Source of the DNA: an uncultured Acidobacteriota bacterium
GTDB taxonomy: Bacteria > Acidobacteriota > Vicinamibacteria > Vicinamibacterales > CAVVIG01
Length of the DNA stretch: 64,000 nucleotides
Assembly (NCBI GenBank): GCA_963745875.1
Contig: CAVUZL010000008.1
Coordinates: 20,427 to 84,426, forward strand
Reading direction: 5' to 3'
The position numbers and the translations under genes are program-made. The notes below the pieces were generated by a model. That model did not search any database. It saw only the letters and a program-made list of their open reading frames with translations, and had not been told where the DNA came from. Positions 1-8,723 of the stretch are shown here, in pieces (position 1 is the stretch's first letter; the number at the start of each line of letters is the position of its first letter).

Positions 1-727
1 GAGGTGGTGAACCCGGCGGTGCCATCGTTCAACTGCGATGCGGCGTCCAGACACGTGGGCTGAAGCGGATCGAACGCGCGCCACACCTGACCGTCCCGGT
101 ACTGCCAGTCGAGCGGGAGCCTCGCGTCGCTGCCCTGGGTGAGATGCACCTCCACGAGCACTGTCGCAGCGCCGGACAGCGCCAGCAGCACCGGATGCGA
201 GAGGTAGAGCCGTGCGGCGTCCCTTGCGCGAGCGTGTGATCGAATAACGTAAATGGCTGGTGTGAGGCCAGCGCCGTCGTGTGATCGACGTACTCGTCGC
301 GCCCCGGCCACAGGGTCGCGGCCGACGTCAGTGCCGCGGCGCTGATATTCAGCCCCCGCTCTATCTCAAACACGATCGGCGCAGTGGCTCCGGGTGGCGG
401 CGGCGCCGCGACCTGGGTGCCAGCCGGCGCGTTCGCGACGCCGGCCTGCGGATTGAGACTGAAGACGATCGGCGCTCGCGCTTCCGCGGCCGGCGCCGCG
501 TCAAGGCCGAGGAACGAGAAGAAGGCGAGCCGATTTTTGTCGGGCGCCTGGTTGAGGCGCTTCAGGATCGCCTCGACGAGGTGTGCAAAGACCTGCTCGA
601 TCGCCGCACCCGCCGAATCGACCGGCGGATTCCATTGCGGCAGGTAGCCCGCACGCCGCGCGCGAAATTCCGCGACGAGCGCCATCTCGTCACGGTCGTC
701 GAGCACCGGTCCGCCGATGGAACTCAC
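1..727 (-). CDS. eCIS baseplate J-like wedge protein (Afp11/gp6 type), N-terminal part; gene continues past the left window edge; reading frame broken near 221
   Basis: The GTG start at 727 overlaps the gp25 stop (GTGA). 'VSSIGGPVLDDRDEMALVAEFRARRAGYLPQWNPPVDSAGAAIEQVFAHL' resembles the N-terminus of tail-like-particle baseplate J proteins. After 'FTLFDHTLAQGTPH' the tracked frame (ORF 29..1099) turns into Arg/Cys/Trp-rich junk. The -1 frame instead reads 'RLYLSHPVLLALSGAATVLVEVHLTQGSDARLPLDWQYRDGQVWRAFDPLQPTCLDAASQLNDGTAGFTT' down to position 1. Confidence 0.8.
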
Positions 728-1140
728 TGCGCCGACCCCTCCATGAGATAGAACGGGTAGACCAGGTTGTGGAGCGTGTTCGTGCTCCGCATCCGGTAGG
801 TCATCGCGATCTGCACCAGGCCTGTCTCGCTGCCGTCGACGCGCGCCTCGACTTTCAACACATCGATCCGCGGTTCCCACGTGACCAACGACTCCTGCAC
901 CCGCGTCTGAAGCTTCAAGCACGTCGTCTGGTTCAGCGGCTCGAACGTGAACTCGCGAAGGCCGGCGCCAAAATCGGGGCGCATCACGCGTTCGCCGCGA
1001 TTGGTGCCGAGAATGATCCGGATTGCCTGGCGAATATCCTCTTCGTAGCGGGCGACAGTGGTGCTGCCGTCCGGCTGTACGCCGGGGGGAAATCCCCATC
1101 CGATTCCTTGAAACGCCTTCGGTCCGATCTGGCCGTTCAT
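724..1140 (-). CDS. GPW/gp25-family baseplate wedge protein (Afp9 type)
   Basis: Intact 138-aa ORF with ATG at 1140. 'ARYEEDIRQAIRIILGTNRGERVMRPDFGAGLREFTFEP' matches the gp25/GPW signature. It sits between PAAR and baseplate J, as in eCIS and T6SS-like baseplates. Confidence 0.95.
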   Translation of the reverse strand: MNGQIGPKAFQGIGWGFPPGVQPDGSTTVARYEEDIRQAIRIILGTNRGERVMRPDFGAGLREFTFEPLNQTTCLKLQTRVQESLVTWEPRIDVLKVEARVDGSETGLVQIAMTYRMRSTNTLHNLVYPFYLMEGSAQ

Positions 1141-1144
1141 CGCG

Positions 1145-1440
1145 TCACCCTCCGATCGACACGGTCGGACAGCCGGCCGCGATGGTGTTCGGTCCGCCCG
1201 CCTCGGTAATCACGTCGCCCTGGCGCGCGGCCGCGAAACCGTTGATGGAAACCGTCAGGCTCGCCATCGTGACCACGCCTCCGACGTGCGGCTGGACGCC
1301 ATTGACGAGTGGGCACGCAGCTGATCGACATCGGCGCACCACGCCGGCTGGCTGCCGATGGTCACATCGGGACTTCCCGGTCCGGGCCCGAGCGGCGTCC
1401 CGTGACCCGTCATGTCTCCCACGCGTGCGGCAGGCGGCAT
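1145..1440 (-). CDS. PAAR-domain spike-tip protein (Afp10 type); frame broken near 1320
   Basis: ATG at 1440 is preceded by GAGGAG. 'MPPAARVGDMTGHGTPLGPGPGSPDVTIGSQPAW' (frame of ORF 1255..1533) continues as 'ACPLVNGVQPHVGGVVTMASLTVSINGFAAARQGDVITEAGGPNTIAAGCPTVSIGG*' in the frame of ORF 1145..2122. Adding one base near 1320 gives a PAAR protein of about 98 aa. Confidence 0.85.
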
Positions 1441-2142
1441 CGTGCACTCTCCTCGTTGATGTCGACGGTGAGGCCTTCGATCGTGCAGCTCCCTTCGGTG
1501 CTGAACGACGCCTCTTGGTGCCGGAAATGTCAACGTCAGCAGCTTCCAGGCTGATCGTGCCGAGTGGCGCCTTGAGGCTGATGTCGCCGCTCGTGCTCTC
1601 GATGGTGATCGACGGCGGTGGCCCGACCGCGATCGTCAGTTTCGCGGTGTCCTTGAACGCGCTGATAGCGACCGTCGTGGGGTCCATCACGATCTTCTGG
1701 GAGGTGCTCGTCGTAATCGAGACCGACTGCAGCGCATCGTCGAATTCGACGATGTGGCCGGGAGCGCTGCCGAGACCCGTCTGGATCACGCGCTTGGTCA
1801 GAAAGTCGGTGGGCGCCGTCAGTGGCGGTCGGTTCACCATGCTCCACAAACCGCCGATGATGTAGGCGTCACGCTCGTCGTTTTCGTTGAACGCGACCAG
1901 CACCTCGTCGCCGGTCTGGGGGATCCACACGAAGCCGCGAGACGACGCCGCGCCGAGGCCAACCACGCGCGCCCACGGATCGAACGACGGCAGCGACGGA
2001 ATGAGCACCTGCACTCGGCCCTCCGAAGCACATTGAGGTTGTCTTTGACGACGGCAGGCGCAATCGAATATCCGCCGCCGCCTTTCCCCTGCGAGGGCCG
2101 GCGCTCCGTCCCCGCCAACCATTCCAGGACCGCGTTGCTCAT
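1410..2142 (-). CDS. gp5/VgrG-like central spike protein (Afp8 type); frame broken near 2026 and near 1514; 3' end uncertain
   Basis: ATG at 2142 is preceded by GGAG. 'MSNAVLEWLAGTERRPSQGKGGGGYSIAPAVVKDNLNVL' continues in the -1 frame as 'SEGRVQVLIPSLPSFDPWARVVGLGAASSRGFVWIPQTGDEVLVAFNENDERDAYIIGGLW' (OB-fold spike motif). Beta-helix-like repeats follow ('ITIESTSGDISLKAPLGTISLEAADVDISGTK'). A second -1 step gives 'EASFSTEGSCTIEGLTVDINEES', and the TGA at 1410-1412 lies inside the PAAR 5' end. Confidence 0.7.
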
Positions 2143-2152
2143 TGGCTGCTCC

Positions 2153-3362
2153 TCACAGACTCTGTCCCTGCACACGCAGCAGGCTCGATTGCCCTTGGGC
2201 AGCGGAATCGACCCGAACCACACTTCCTTGCGCGCCTGAAATGTCGTTCGGTAGCCGCTGCCGTCGAACGTGTGCGTGGCGTCGGTGATGCGGTACAACC
2301 CGCTGAACTGGTCGCCGACGCCGTCGAAGTTCACGACCCGACCGGCTTTGACGGCCGGGTTGCCGATCGTCGAAGCGGTGGCGGTGAGACGGTTGTTCAG
2401 CCGTGGCAAAAGATCGGAGAGCAGATCGCGGAGCGCGCCGGGGAATCCGGTGGGTTTGATCGACAGCGTCTTCGCTGACTTGGCTCCGAGCACCATGTCG
2501 AGACTGCCGAGTCCGGGTAAATCATCAGATCAAATGCGGCGCGGTCGAAATCCCACGAGACGACGATGACGAATTCCGTCTGAAGGCTCGCGATCCACAC
2601 TCGCGCCGACACGCCGAACACGTCTCCGACGGTGGTCAGGCGCGGCGTAAAACTCATCAGAGACTGTCCCCACTTGAGCGATACGCTCGAGGAATAGTCC
2701 TGAAGGAGGAACTGAAACTTGAGGACGTAGCCTTTCGGATCCTGCGTGTGGTCGATGTACATCTCCCAGCCGTTCTCCTTCGCGATCGCTGAGAGGAAAT
2801 CGAAATCGCTCTCGCCCTCCTGACGGCGGACGCTGACCTGGCCATCCTGCGGCGTCGTGATGTAGGTCGCCAGCGTCATCAGCGCGGACAGCGCCCCGCC
2901 GATGGGATCGGGGTAGGGGATCAGGAGATTGGAGGCGCTGACGACCGCCGCGACGGCGACGTCCGGCAGCGGGAAGTGTGCGACCTTGGGTGTGCTGATC
3001 GCGAACGCGCGATCGACCTTGCCGTGAGTCAAGCGCTGCAGAAAGTCGTGCGCCGTCACCTGGATCGTCGGCATGCCGCCCGCCGGGAAGTTGACCTCGA
3101 TGCCTGTGATTTCGCCGACGAACACGAGCTCGGGCGCAGCAGGTACGTACCCAATCGACAGCTTGAATCCCTTGTCGACGACGAGCAGCGGGTGATCAAG
3201 CCATTGCAGACCCGGGTTCGCGAAGGTTACCTCGACGTGATCGGCGCCCTTCAGGCCGTCGTGATACGTGACGCTCACGACCGACGCCCGCAACGCCGGT
3301 GGCAGCGGGCTGCCGTCGATCTCGAGCTTGCACTCCGGCGCGTACTGAGGGTAGGTCGCCAT
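2153..3362 (-). CDS. Phage late-control gpD-like baseplate hub protein (Afp7/Pvc8 type); frame broken near 2516 and near 2193
   Basis: ATG at 3362 lies one nt after the LysM gene stop. 'MATYPQYAPECKLEIDGSPLPPALRASVVSVTYHDGLKGADHVEVTF' is followed, after 'AAFDLMIYP', by the -1 frame: 'GLGSLDMVLGAKSAKTLSIKPTG...GLYRITDATHTFDGSGYRTTFQARKEVW'. A further -1 step near 2193 gives 'GQSSLLRVQGQSL*'. That stop (2153-2155) sits just before the GGAG of the spike gene. Confidence 0.8.
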
Positions 3363-3363
3363 A

Positions 3364-4017
3364 TCAGGCAATCACGTCGCCGGTCTCGGGATCCACGTAC
3401 GGGAGCGCGGGTACGCGGAGTTCCTGTCCGACGACAATTGACCACGGATCGGTGACACCGTTCGCCGCCGCCAGCGGCCGCCACGTCGTCGGGTCGTCGT
3501 AGTACTGACCGGCGATGCTGCTGAGCGTCTCATTCAGCCGGACCACGTGGTACTTGCTGAAGTCGACGGTCTGCAGGTTCGCTTCTTTCGACTGCGTATC
3601 GGCGTCGAGGTATTCCTGGAAGGTCACCGACAGGCGCGCACGCGCCGGGCGGCCGTCGCCCAGAAACTTGATGAACTTCTGCGCCACCTTGGCCAGCACG
3701 CATCGAAAGAACAGTGAGCCCCAGACGACCTGCAGGATCGGGGGCGCGTGCAGATCGGAGTTGATCTGCAGGAGGGCGGTGATCTTCTGCGTCTCGTCGC
3801 GCACGTCGGTCTGCTTTTCGAAGGTGTCGAAGAACAGCTCCATGTCGAGCGTACACAGGTTGCCGTTCACGAACTGCAGCAACGGGGATGTCAGCCCGGG
3901 AATCGCCTGCGAGGCAAAGTTGTTGTCCTTGTTCAGGCTGTACTCTTCCGGATTGAACATCACGCTGTACTGGTCGCCCGTCGCTTCGTTGAGGATGCTG
4001 GCTTTCGCGAGACCCAT
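3364..4017 (-). CDS. Tube-like N-domain plus C-terminal LysM protein (eCIS tube initiator / tail protein X-like)
   Basis: Intact 217-aa ORF. The N-terminus 'KASILNEATGDQYSVMFNPEEYSLNKDNNFASQAIPGLTSPLLQFVNGNLCTLDMELFFD' is typical of contractile-system tube-fold proteins. The C-terminus 'YHVVRLNETLSSIAGQYYDDPTTWRPLAAANGV' is a LysM motif. Confidence 0.9.
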   Translation of the reverse strand: MGLAKASILNEATGDQYSVMFNPEEYSLNKDNNFASQAIPGLTSPLLQFVNGNLCTLDMELFFDTFEKQTDVRDETQKITALLQINSDLHAPPILQVVWGSLFFRCVLAKVAQKFIKFLGDGRPARARLSVTFQEYLDADTQSKEANLQTVDFSKYHVVRLNETLSSIAGQYYDDPTTWRPLAAANGVTDPWSIVVGQELRVPALPYVDPETGDVIA

Positions 4018-4026
4018 GGCCGCCTC

Positions 4027-4884
4027 CTACACCTGACCCAGGCGCTCGCGCCACGCCCGCATGCGGCGGTCGAGCTGATCGATCACGTGATCGGTGATCT
4101 GCGCCACGTTGGCTGGCAGATCCGGCGGCCGGACCTGCTGAGCGGCGGCGGTGGTCCGCGGTACGGCGACGATCGGGACGCTCTCGCGCAGTTCGTGGAC
4201 CGGCGCGGCTCGGCGAGGTTCGGCGGGAAGGACCTGCGCGACCGCCGTCGGCGGCTCGAGGCGCAGGGCCCGCTCGGTCAACCGGCGGCCGAACACGACC
4301 GCTGCTTCGCGGCATGGCATCAACGTATGGGCGTGTTCCACAACTCGCCGCGCCAACGTCCGGGTGAACAGCGTTTCGACGCGGTCCAGAGTCCGCGTGA
4401 CCGTACCAGGACTCTGGCGCGTCCGGATGTCGATCGGTTGGGCGAGTTCTTCGGAGGGGATGCCTGCCTCTCCGAGCGGTCGCGTGCAGCCTCCCGTCTC
4501 CGGACGCGTCACCGTTTGCCTGCCGGCGCCGCGTGCGACACGGAACGCAGGACGATATGCGAGAGGCTCTATCGATCGTTTCAGTATTGAGCCCCTCTGA
4601 GTCCCCGCAACAGCGTGGCAGGCAAGCACCAACTTGAGGTCGAGGCGAACATCGACCGCGAGCCGGGTGCCGGTTGTCAGCCTGGCAAGGCGAAGGAAGA
4701 TGCGATCTCCAAACGCCACCGTGGCACGCCTGGCGAGCCTTCGCGTCGCGACCGCCTGCGCCGCGCGGGTCCAGCGTGCGTACCGAGCCGGCAGCGACCC
4801 GGAAACGTTCCGGCCCGGATCCCGCCTCAGGCGCCAGGTCCGGGTGTTATGACTCGAGTTGAGCCGCATGTTCAGCGTCTTCAT
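4027..4884 (-). CDS. Putative tape-measure / tail-length determinator-like protein (Afp14 position); start uncertain
   Basis: 285-aa Arg/Ala/Thr-rich ORF in the slot between chaperone and LysM/hub genes, where eCIS and myophage tails encode the tape measure. I recognised no motif apart from the C-terminal 'ITDHVIDQLDRRMRAWRERLGQV'. The ATGs at 4884 and 4869 both overlap the upstream ORF. Confidence 0.5.
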   Translation of the reverse strand: MKTLNMRLNSSHNTRTWRLRRDPGRNVSGSLPARYARWTRAAQAVATRRLARRATVAFGDRIFLRLARLTTGTRLAVDVRLDLKLVLACHAVAGTQRGSILKRSIEPLAYRPAFRVARGAGRQTVTRPETGGCTRPLGEAGIPSEELAQPIDIRTRQSPGTVTRTLDRVETLFTRTLARRVVEHAHTLMPCREAAVVFGRRLTERALRLEPPTAVAQVLPAEPRRAAPVHELRESVPIVAVPRTTAAAQQVRPPDLPANVAQITDHVIDQLDRRMRAWRERLGQV

Positions 4885-5074
4885 TCCTTCGTCGATGAAT
4901 TGCCGAGATCTGCTCGACCCAGCTGCGCCGATCGGAGTGCGACAAGTCGAGAATCTCGTCGGCCGACCAGTGAAAGTGATAGGCGATGAAGGCTACCTCC
5001 TCGTACAGCGAGGCCAGGGGGTAGCCTCGAACCCCCCCGCCGTGACGAGCTCCACCTGGAACGTGTGGGCACAC
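4847..5074 (-). CDS. DUF6760-like small eCIS protein, probably made as a C-terminal extension of the chaperone rather than from its own start
   Basis: The conserved core 'YPLASLYEEVAFIAYHFHWSADEILDLSHSDRRSWVEQISAIHRR' matches, from memory, the small ORF that follows the tail assembly protein in eCIS loci. The only in-frame start is a GTG at 5074, 82 nt inside the upstream gene and without a Shine-Dalgarno sequence. Confidence 0.65.
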   Translation of the reverse strand: MCPHVPGGARHGGGVRGYPLASLYEEVAFIAYHFHWSADEILDLSHSDRRSWVEQISAIHRRRNEDAEHAAQLES

Positions 5075-5391
5075 TGCGGGCAGACCGCAGGCACATCCGC
5101 TTTCCCGTCGCGATTGATCCGGTTGTAGAGCTCCTGCAGGTAATTCAGATCGGCGGCATAGAGTCCCTCAATCACTTTCGGCGTCACTTGCGGAATGCTG
5201 CCGAGCCTCATCACGACCCGCGACAGCAGCACGATCACCAGATACGCCTGGTTGCTCTGCACACGCGGGTCGCGGAGTGGAAGGATCTCGTCCGCCGCCG
5301 TCGCGAGCCGCATCACGCCATCGCGATGGAGATCGCCCTGCTCGTCGACAAACCCCATCGGCAGGCGAAATTCGTACTCTGTCTGAAACAT
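4993..5391 (-). CDS. Phage tail assembly chaperone-like protein (gpE/gpG-like)
   Basis: ATG at 5391 is preceded by GAGGA; the tracked TTG at 5415 overlaps the tube gene. 'FRLPMGFVDEQGDLHRDGVMRLATAADEILPLRDPRVQSNQAYLVIVLLSRVVMRLGSI...DLNYLQELYNRIN' resembles the family annotated as phage tail assembly protein. It lies between tube and tape-measure genes. Confidence 0.75.
   Translation of the reverse strand: MFQTEYEFRLPMGFVDEQGDLHRDGVMRLATAADEILPLRDPRVQSNQAYLVIVLLSRVVMRLGSIPQVTPKVIEGLYAADLNYLQELYNRINRDGKADVPAVCPQCAHTFQVELVTAGGFEATPWPRCTRR
5032..5038 (-). promoter_or_regulatory. Candidate -1 ribosomal frameshift heptamer G_GGG_GGG at the chaperone/DUF6760 junction (or a miscalled homopolymer)
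   Basis: On the coding strand the chaperone reads ACG GCG GGG GGG TTC, so G GGG GGG fits X_XXY_YYZ in the zero frame. The zero frame stops 14 codons later at 4993. The -1 frame continues GGG GGG GTT CGA GGC TAC = 'GGVRGYPLASLYEEV'. Confidence 0.3.
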
Positions 5392-5401
5392 GTTGTCCTC
5401 G

Positions 5402-5836
5402 CTAACCCACTTCAATCCGCTCGCAGCTGAGGGTCAGAGTCTGAATCGAGATGTCGTTCCCCTTGGCCGTGAACGCAGGTCCGTCCCACTTGCTCGGCCA
5501 CGCCTGGAAGAAGTTCCATCGCAGCTTCTCCTGTCCGGTATCGTCGAGTTGCACCACCGAACCAGTCTTCCGTTGCACTTCGCCGCGGACGGCGGCGAGA
5601 TGCCAGTCGTAGAGCTCCTGCGAGTCGGTGGTGCCCCACTTCAGCGTGATGTCGGGATAGCTCACCTTGCCCGGCAGCTTCCTGACGGTCGCGGAGTCGC
5701 CGCCCTCGCGGTACTCGATGACCTCGAGGTGCGACCCGACCGCGCTGCACTCCGTGAAGCCGGCCTGCTGAATGCTGTCGATCTCGACGCGAAAGCGGAA
5801 TCCTTTGTAGGGGTCGACGCGAGCGCCATTTGCCAT
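5402..5836 (-). CDS. Contractile tail tube protein (T4 gp19-like; Afp1/Afp5 type)
   Basis: Intact 144-aa ORF. 'DPYKGFRFRVEIDSIQQAGFTECSAVGSHLEVIEYREGGD...LPGKVSYPDITLKWG' is the conserved phage-tail-region tube signature. Confidence 0.95.
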   Translation of the reverse strand: MANGARVDPYKGFRFRVEIDSIQQAGFTECSAVGSHLEVIEYREGGDSATVRKLPGKVSYPDITLKWGTTDSQELYDWHLAAVRGEVQRKTGSVVQLDDTGQEKLRWNFFQAWPSKWDGPAFTAKGNDISIQTLTLSCERIEVG

Positions 5837-5852
5837 ATCTGTGCCTCCGTTA

Positions 5853-7850
5853 TTACCCCTGTTCGTTTACGAACGAACCGCCGGGCTCCTGGATGATCTG
5901 GAAAATCACGAATTCGGCTGGTGGCGCCGGAAAGATGGTGATCTCCGCCGTCAGGATCCCGAGCGCAATCGATGCCGACGGGTTGAGCGACTCGTCGATC
6001 CGCACCCGGAACGATTTGTCGGGTGTCGCGCCCTCGAGCGCGCCAGCGGCCCAGATCCCGGTCAGGAAGTCATCGACGACGCGTTTGAGCTTTCCCCAGA
6101 GACCGACATTGTTCGGCTCGAACACGGCAAAGCGTGTGCCTTCCTGGATCGACTTCTCGATGAAGATCAGCAGCCGTCGCACGTTCACATACCGCCACTG
6201 GGTGCTGTCCGGCGGCGTGATCGTGCGCGCCCCCCAGATGCGGATCCCCTGGTTCGGGAACTGACGGATGCCGTTGATGCCCACGTCGTTCAACACACCC
6301 TGGTCGTCATCGCTCAGGGGCAGTTCGACGTCGAGCGCCATCGTGATCGGCTCGTTGGCGGGCGCCTTGAACACCCCGCGCGTGTTGTCGTTGTTCGCGT
6401 ATACGCCGGCCACGTGGCCCGACGGCGGCACCAGGATCTGCGTCGAATCGAACGGGCTCGCGATCTTGATCCAGGGGAAGTAGAGCGCCGCATAGCCGTT
6501 GTCGGAATCGAGATTGGAGCGTTGTTGCGTGATGTCCGGGTTGAAGTTGTTCGGGTCGGTCACCGGGCGCGGATCGAGAATGCCGAACCGATCCTGCAGC
6601 TTCTGGCAATGATTGACGAGTGCGGTCTGGATCGCCTGTGTATCGGCTTTCTGCATCTTCGAGCCGACCGCGTCCGGCACCGCCAGCAGGTTGACGCTGG
6701 TCGTCCGTTTCAGCGCGTCGATACCCTGGACGTACTGGACGGACGTCAACGCGTTCCTGTCCTCGTCGGCGCCGCCGGCGAGAGGCGTCGCGGCGATTGT
6801 CTTCGGCACGTTCTTCGCCGGCAGCGTGGTCGACGGTGGATCTGAAAAATCGACGCTGACGAGCGCCGACTGCACGGCGTCGAGAAAGTAGCGGCTGTGT
6901 CGCGGGTCCATCGCGAGCTTGTCGAAGACCTCGGTCGGGCTGCCGGGGCGTACGACCGTGAGCTTGAATTCCTGCGTCTGCAGCGTCACATCCGGGTCGC
7001 CGTCCTTCAACGTGTAGATGTTGGCGACGCCCTTGGTCAGCGTCACGAAGTTGTTCGTGGTGTCCACCTGCCGTACGATCGCGTCTTCCGTCACCGCGTT
7101 CTGGGCGATCGTCACGCACGTGCCGGTCTCGAACCCGACGATGCTGTCGACCCGAATGACGGTCTGCCCGACCGCGAGATCCGCAAGACGCATCGTTCCG
7201 CCTGTGTAGTCGGCCGAGAGAGCGCCGGCAAGCGTGAAGGTGGAGGTGTGCGCTCCCGCGTCCGAGGCGATGCTCGAAATCTGCGCGCGCTCGCTGCCGG
7301 CACCCTTCTCGAGCAGGACGAGGTCGGTGGGCTTGAATTTCGCCGCGTCCGCCTCGGCTCCGGTCGTGACGATGTTCTGGTTCGCGGCCGCACCGGTCAG
7401 CGCCCCGGCCGGTTTGGCGTGGACCGCCTTGGCCGAGCCCGCATGCGCCGCATCGACCTGGACCGTGATGTCCTTGCCGGCGGCCGGCTTGCCTTCCTGC
7501 AGCGCCGTGACCCGCAGCACGTTGCGCGGCGTCGCGTTCTGATCGACCAGGTTCAGCCACGCAGCTTTGCCGGTTCCGACACGAACGAACCAGCACTGCG
7601 TGCCGCCTTCGTTGAAGAATCCTTCGACGGCGTGCGTGGCATACACGCGATACGGATCCTCGATGTACGATCCGAACAACGCCGTGAACTGCTTGAAGCT
7701 CGTTAAGAACGTCGGCGTGAAAAGGGGACCCGTCGTGGCTGGCCCTGCGAACGCCGCGATGTTCGTACTGACTCCAGGAATCGGCCCGGGAACGGCGATC
7801 TCGTCGATATAGACCCCGGGAGCCTTTCCCGCCATCGTGAGTGGTGCCAT
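5853..7850 (-). CDS. Contractile tail sheath protein (Afp2-4 type)
   Basis: Intact 665-aa ORF with ATG at 7850 preceded by GAGGAGGA. The N-terminus 'APGVYIDEIAVPGPIPGVSTNIAAFAGP' and the C-terminal 'NGIRQFPNQGIRIWGARTI' are sheath signatures. A long Ala/Thr-rich middle region suggests an extra surface domain. Confidence 0.95.
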   Translation of the reverse strand: MAPLTMAGKAPGVYIDEIAVPGPIPGVSTNIAAFAGPATTGPLFTPTFLTSFKQFTALFGSYIEDPYRVYATHAVEGFFNEGGTQCWFVRVGTGKAAWLNLVDQNATPRNVLRVTALQEGKPAAGKDITVQVDAAHAGSAKAVHAKPAGALTGAAANQNIVTTGAEADAAKFKPTDLVLLEKGAGSERAQISSIASDAGAHTSTFTLAGALSADYTGGTMRLADLAVGQTVIRVDSIVGFETGTCVTIAQNAVTEDAIVRQVDTTNNFVTLTKGVANIYTLKDGDPDVTLQTQEFKLTVVRPGSPTEVFDKLAMDPRHSRYFLDAVQSALVSVDFSDPPSTTLPAKNVPKTIAATPLAGGADEDRNALTSVQYVQGIDALKRTTSVNLLAVPDAVGSKMQKADTQAIQTALVNHCQKLQDRFGILDPRPVTDPNNFNPDITQQRSNLDSDNGYAALYFPWIKIASPFDSTQILVPPSGHVAGVYANNDNTRGVFKAPANEPITMALDVELPLSDDDQGVLNDVGINGIRQFPNQGIRIWGARTITPPDSTQWRYVNVRRLLIFIEKSIQEGTRFAVFEPNNVGLWGKLKRVVDDFLTGIWAAGALEGATPDKSFRVRIDESLNPSASIALGILTAEITIFPAPPAEFVIFQIIQEPGGSFVNEQG

Positions 7851-7883
7851 GAACCTGTCCTCCTCATCCTTGCCGGCGACACC

Positions 7884-8723
7884 TCACAGGTGCGTCAGCG
7901 TGATCTGGTAGTCCTCAGCTCGTCCCGGAATCGTCAACGGCTGCAACTTGACCGCGTAGCCTGCGGCCGTCGCTCGCAGGGTGTGCGGTCCCGGCGGAAC
8001 TGTCGCGAAGTCGAACGTCCCATCGTCCGTGCTGATGGTCTGCTGCCCGGTGTCGAGCAGGTCGACCATCGCACCACTGATGCCGAGCGCGGTGTTGCCG
8101 TCGAGCACGCGACCGCCGACCTGCAGCAACTGTTCGGACGGCTGCGCGGCCGGCACGTAGCTGGTGCGATGTGTCGTGACGAGGAAGTCGGGGACGTCGG
8201 CGAACACCGGCACGCTGATCGTGACGGTGACCGTCAGGGACGCGCGCATACGATTGCCGAGCGACGTCCAGAACTCCGACATCGCCTTCAGCGAATCCGG
8301 ATGCAGCGTGACCATCGGCAGTGGTGGCGTCTGCCCGATCAGGCTGCCTTTCAGAAATGCTTCGGGCAGGGTCGGGTACCGCGACAGCACGCGGAGCGCC
8401 TGCGTGAGCAGGCGGTGTTCCTGGAGCGGCGGCTCCGCCATGCCGATCGGCCACGCCGTGACGAGGTACGAACAGTAAAGCCGCATCGGCGCGGGACGCG
8501 TGATGGCCTTGCCGTTGACGATCGTGATCTCCGGATCGTTGGAACGCAGCTCGGTGTTCTCTCTCAGCTCGTAGAGGAAAAGATTGACCGTCGGCTGACC
8601 CGGCGCATACGGGTCGGTCGGCCGATCGAACGCGATGTCCGCCGCGGCCAACTCGGGGAACTGGGCCATCTGGGCCGGGTCATGCAGAACTGCGCGCAGT
8701 GTCTCGTCGAGGTCGCGAATCAT
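7884..8723 (-). CDS. DUF4255 (Pvc16/Afp16-like) tail terminator/cap protein with a C-terminal carboxypeptidase-regulatory-like (Ig-like) domain
   Basis: Intact 279-aa ORF whose ATG overlaps the ATPase stop (ATGA). 'MIRDLDETLRAVL...PTVNLFLYELRENTELRSNDP' is DUF4255-like. The C-terminus 'GGRVLDGNTALGISGAMVDLLDTGQQTISTDDGTFDFATVPPGPHTLRATAAGYA' fits the CarboxypepD_reg pattern. Confidence 0.85.
   Translation of the reverse strand: MIRDLDETLRAVLHDPAQMAQFPELAAADIAFDRPTDPYAPGQPTVNLFLYELRENTELRSNDPEITIVNGKAITRPAPMRLYCSYLVTAWPIGMAEPPLQEHRLLTQALRVLSRYPTLPEAFLKGSLIGQTPPLPMVTLHPDSLKAMSEFWTSLGNRMRASLTVTVTISVPVFADVPDFLVTTHRTSYVPAAQPSEQLLQVGGRVLDGNTALGISGAMVDLLDTGQQTISTDDGTFDFATVPPGPHTLRATAAGYAVKLQPLTIPGRAEDYQITLTHL

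Noticed and set aside
1834-2496. 220-aa ORF reading from the gpD gene into the spike gene without a stop
   Set aside because: The linking segment 'GNRACCVCRDRVCEEQP' is off-frame. A -1 correction near 2193 gives a stop at 2153-2155 just before the GGAG and ATG of the spike gene.
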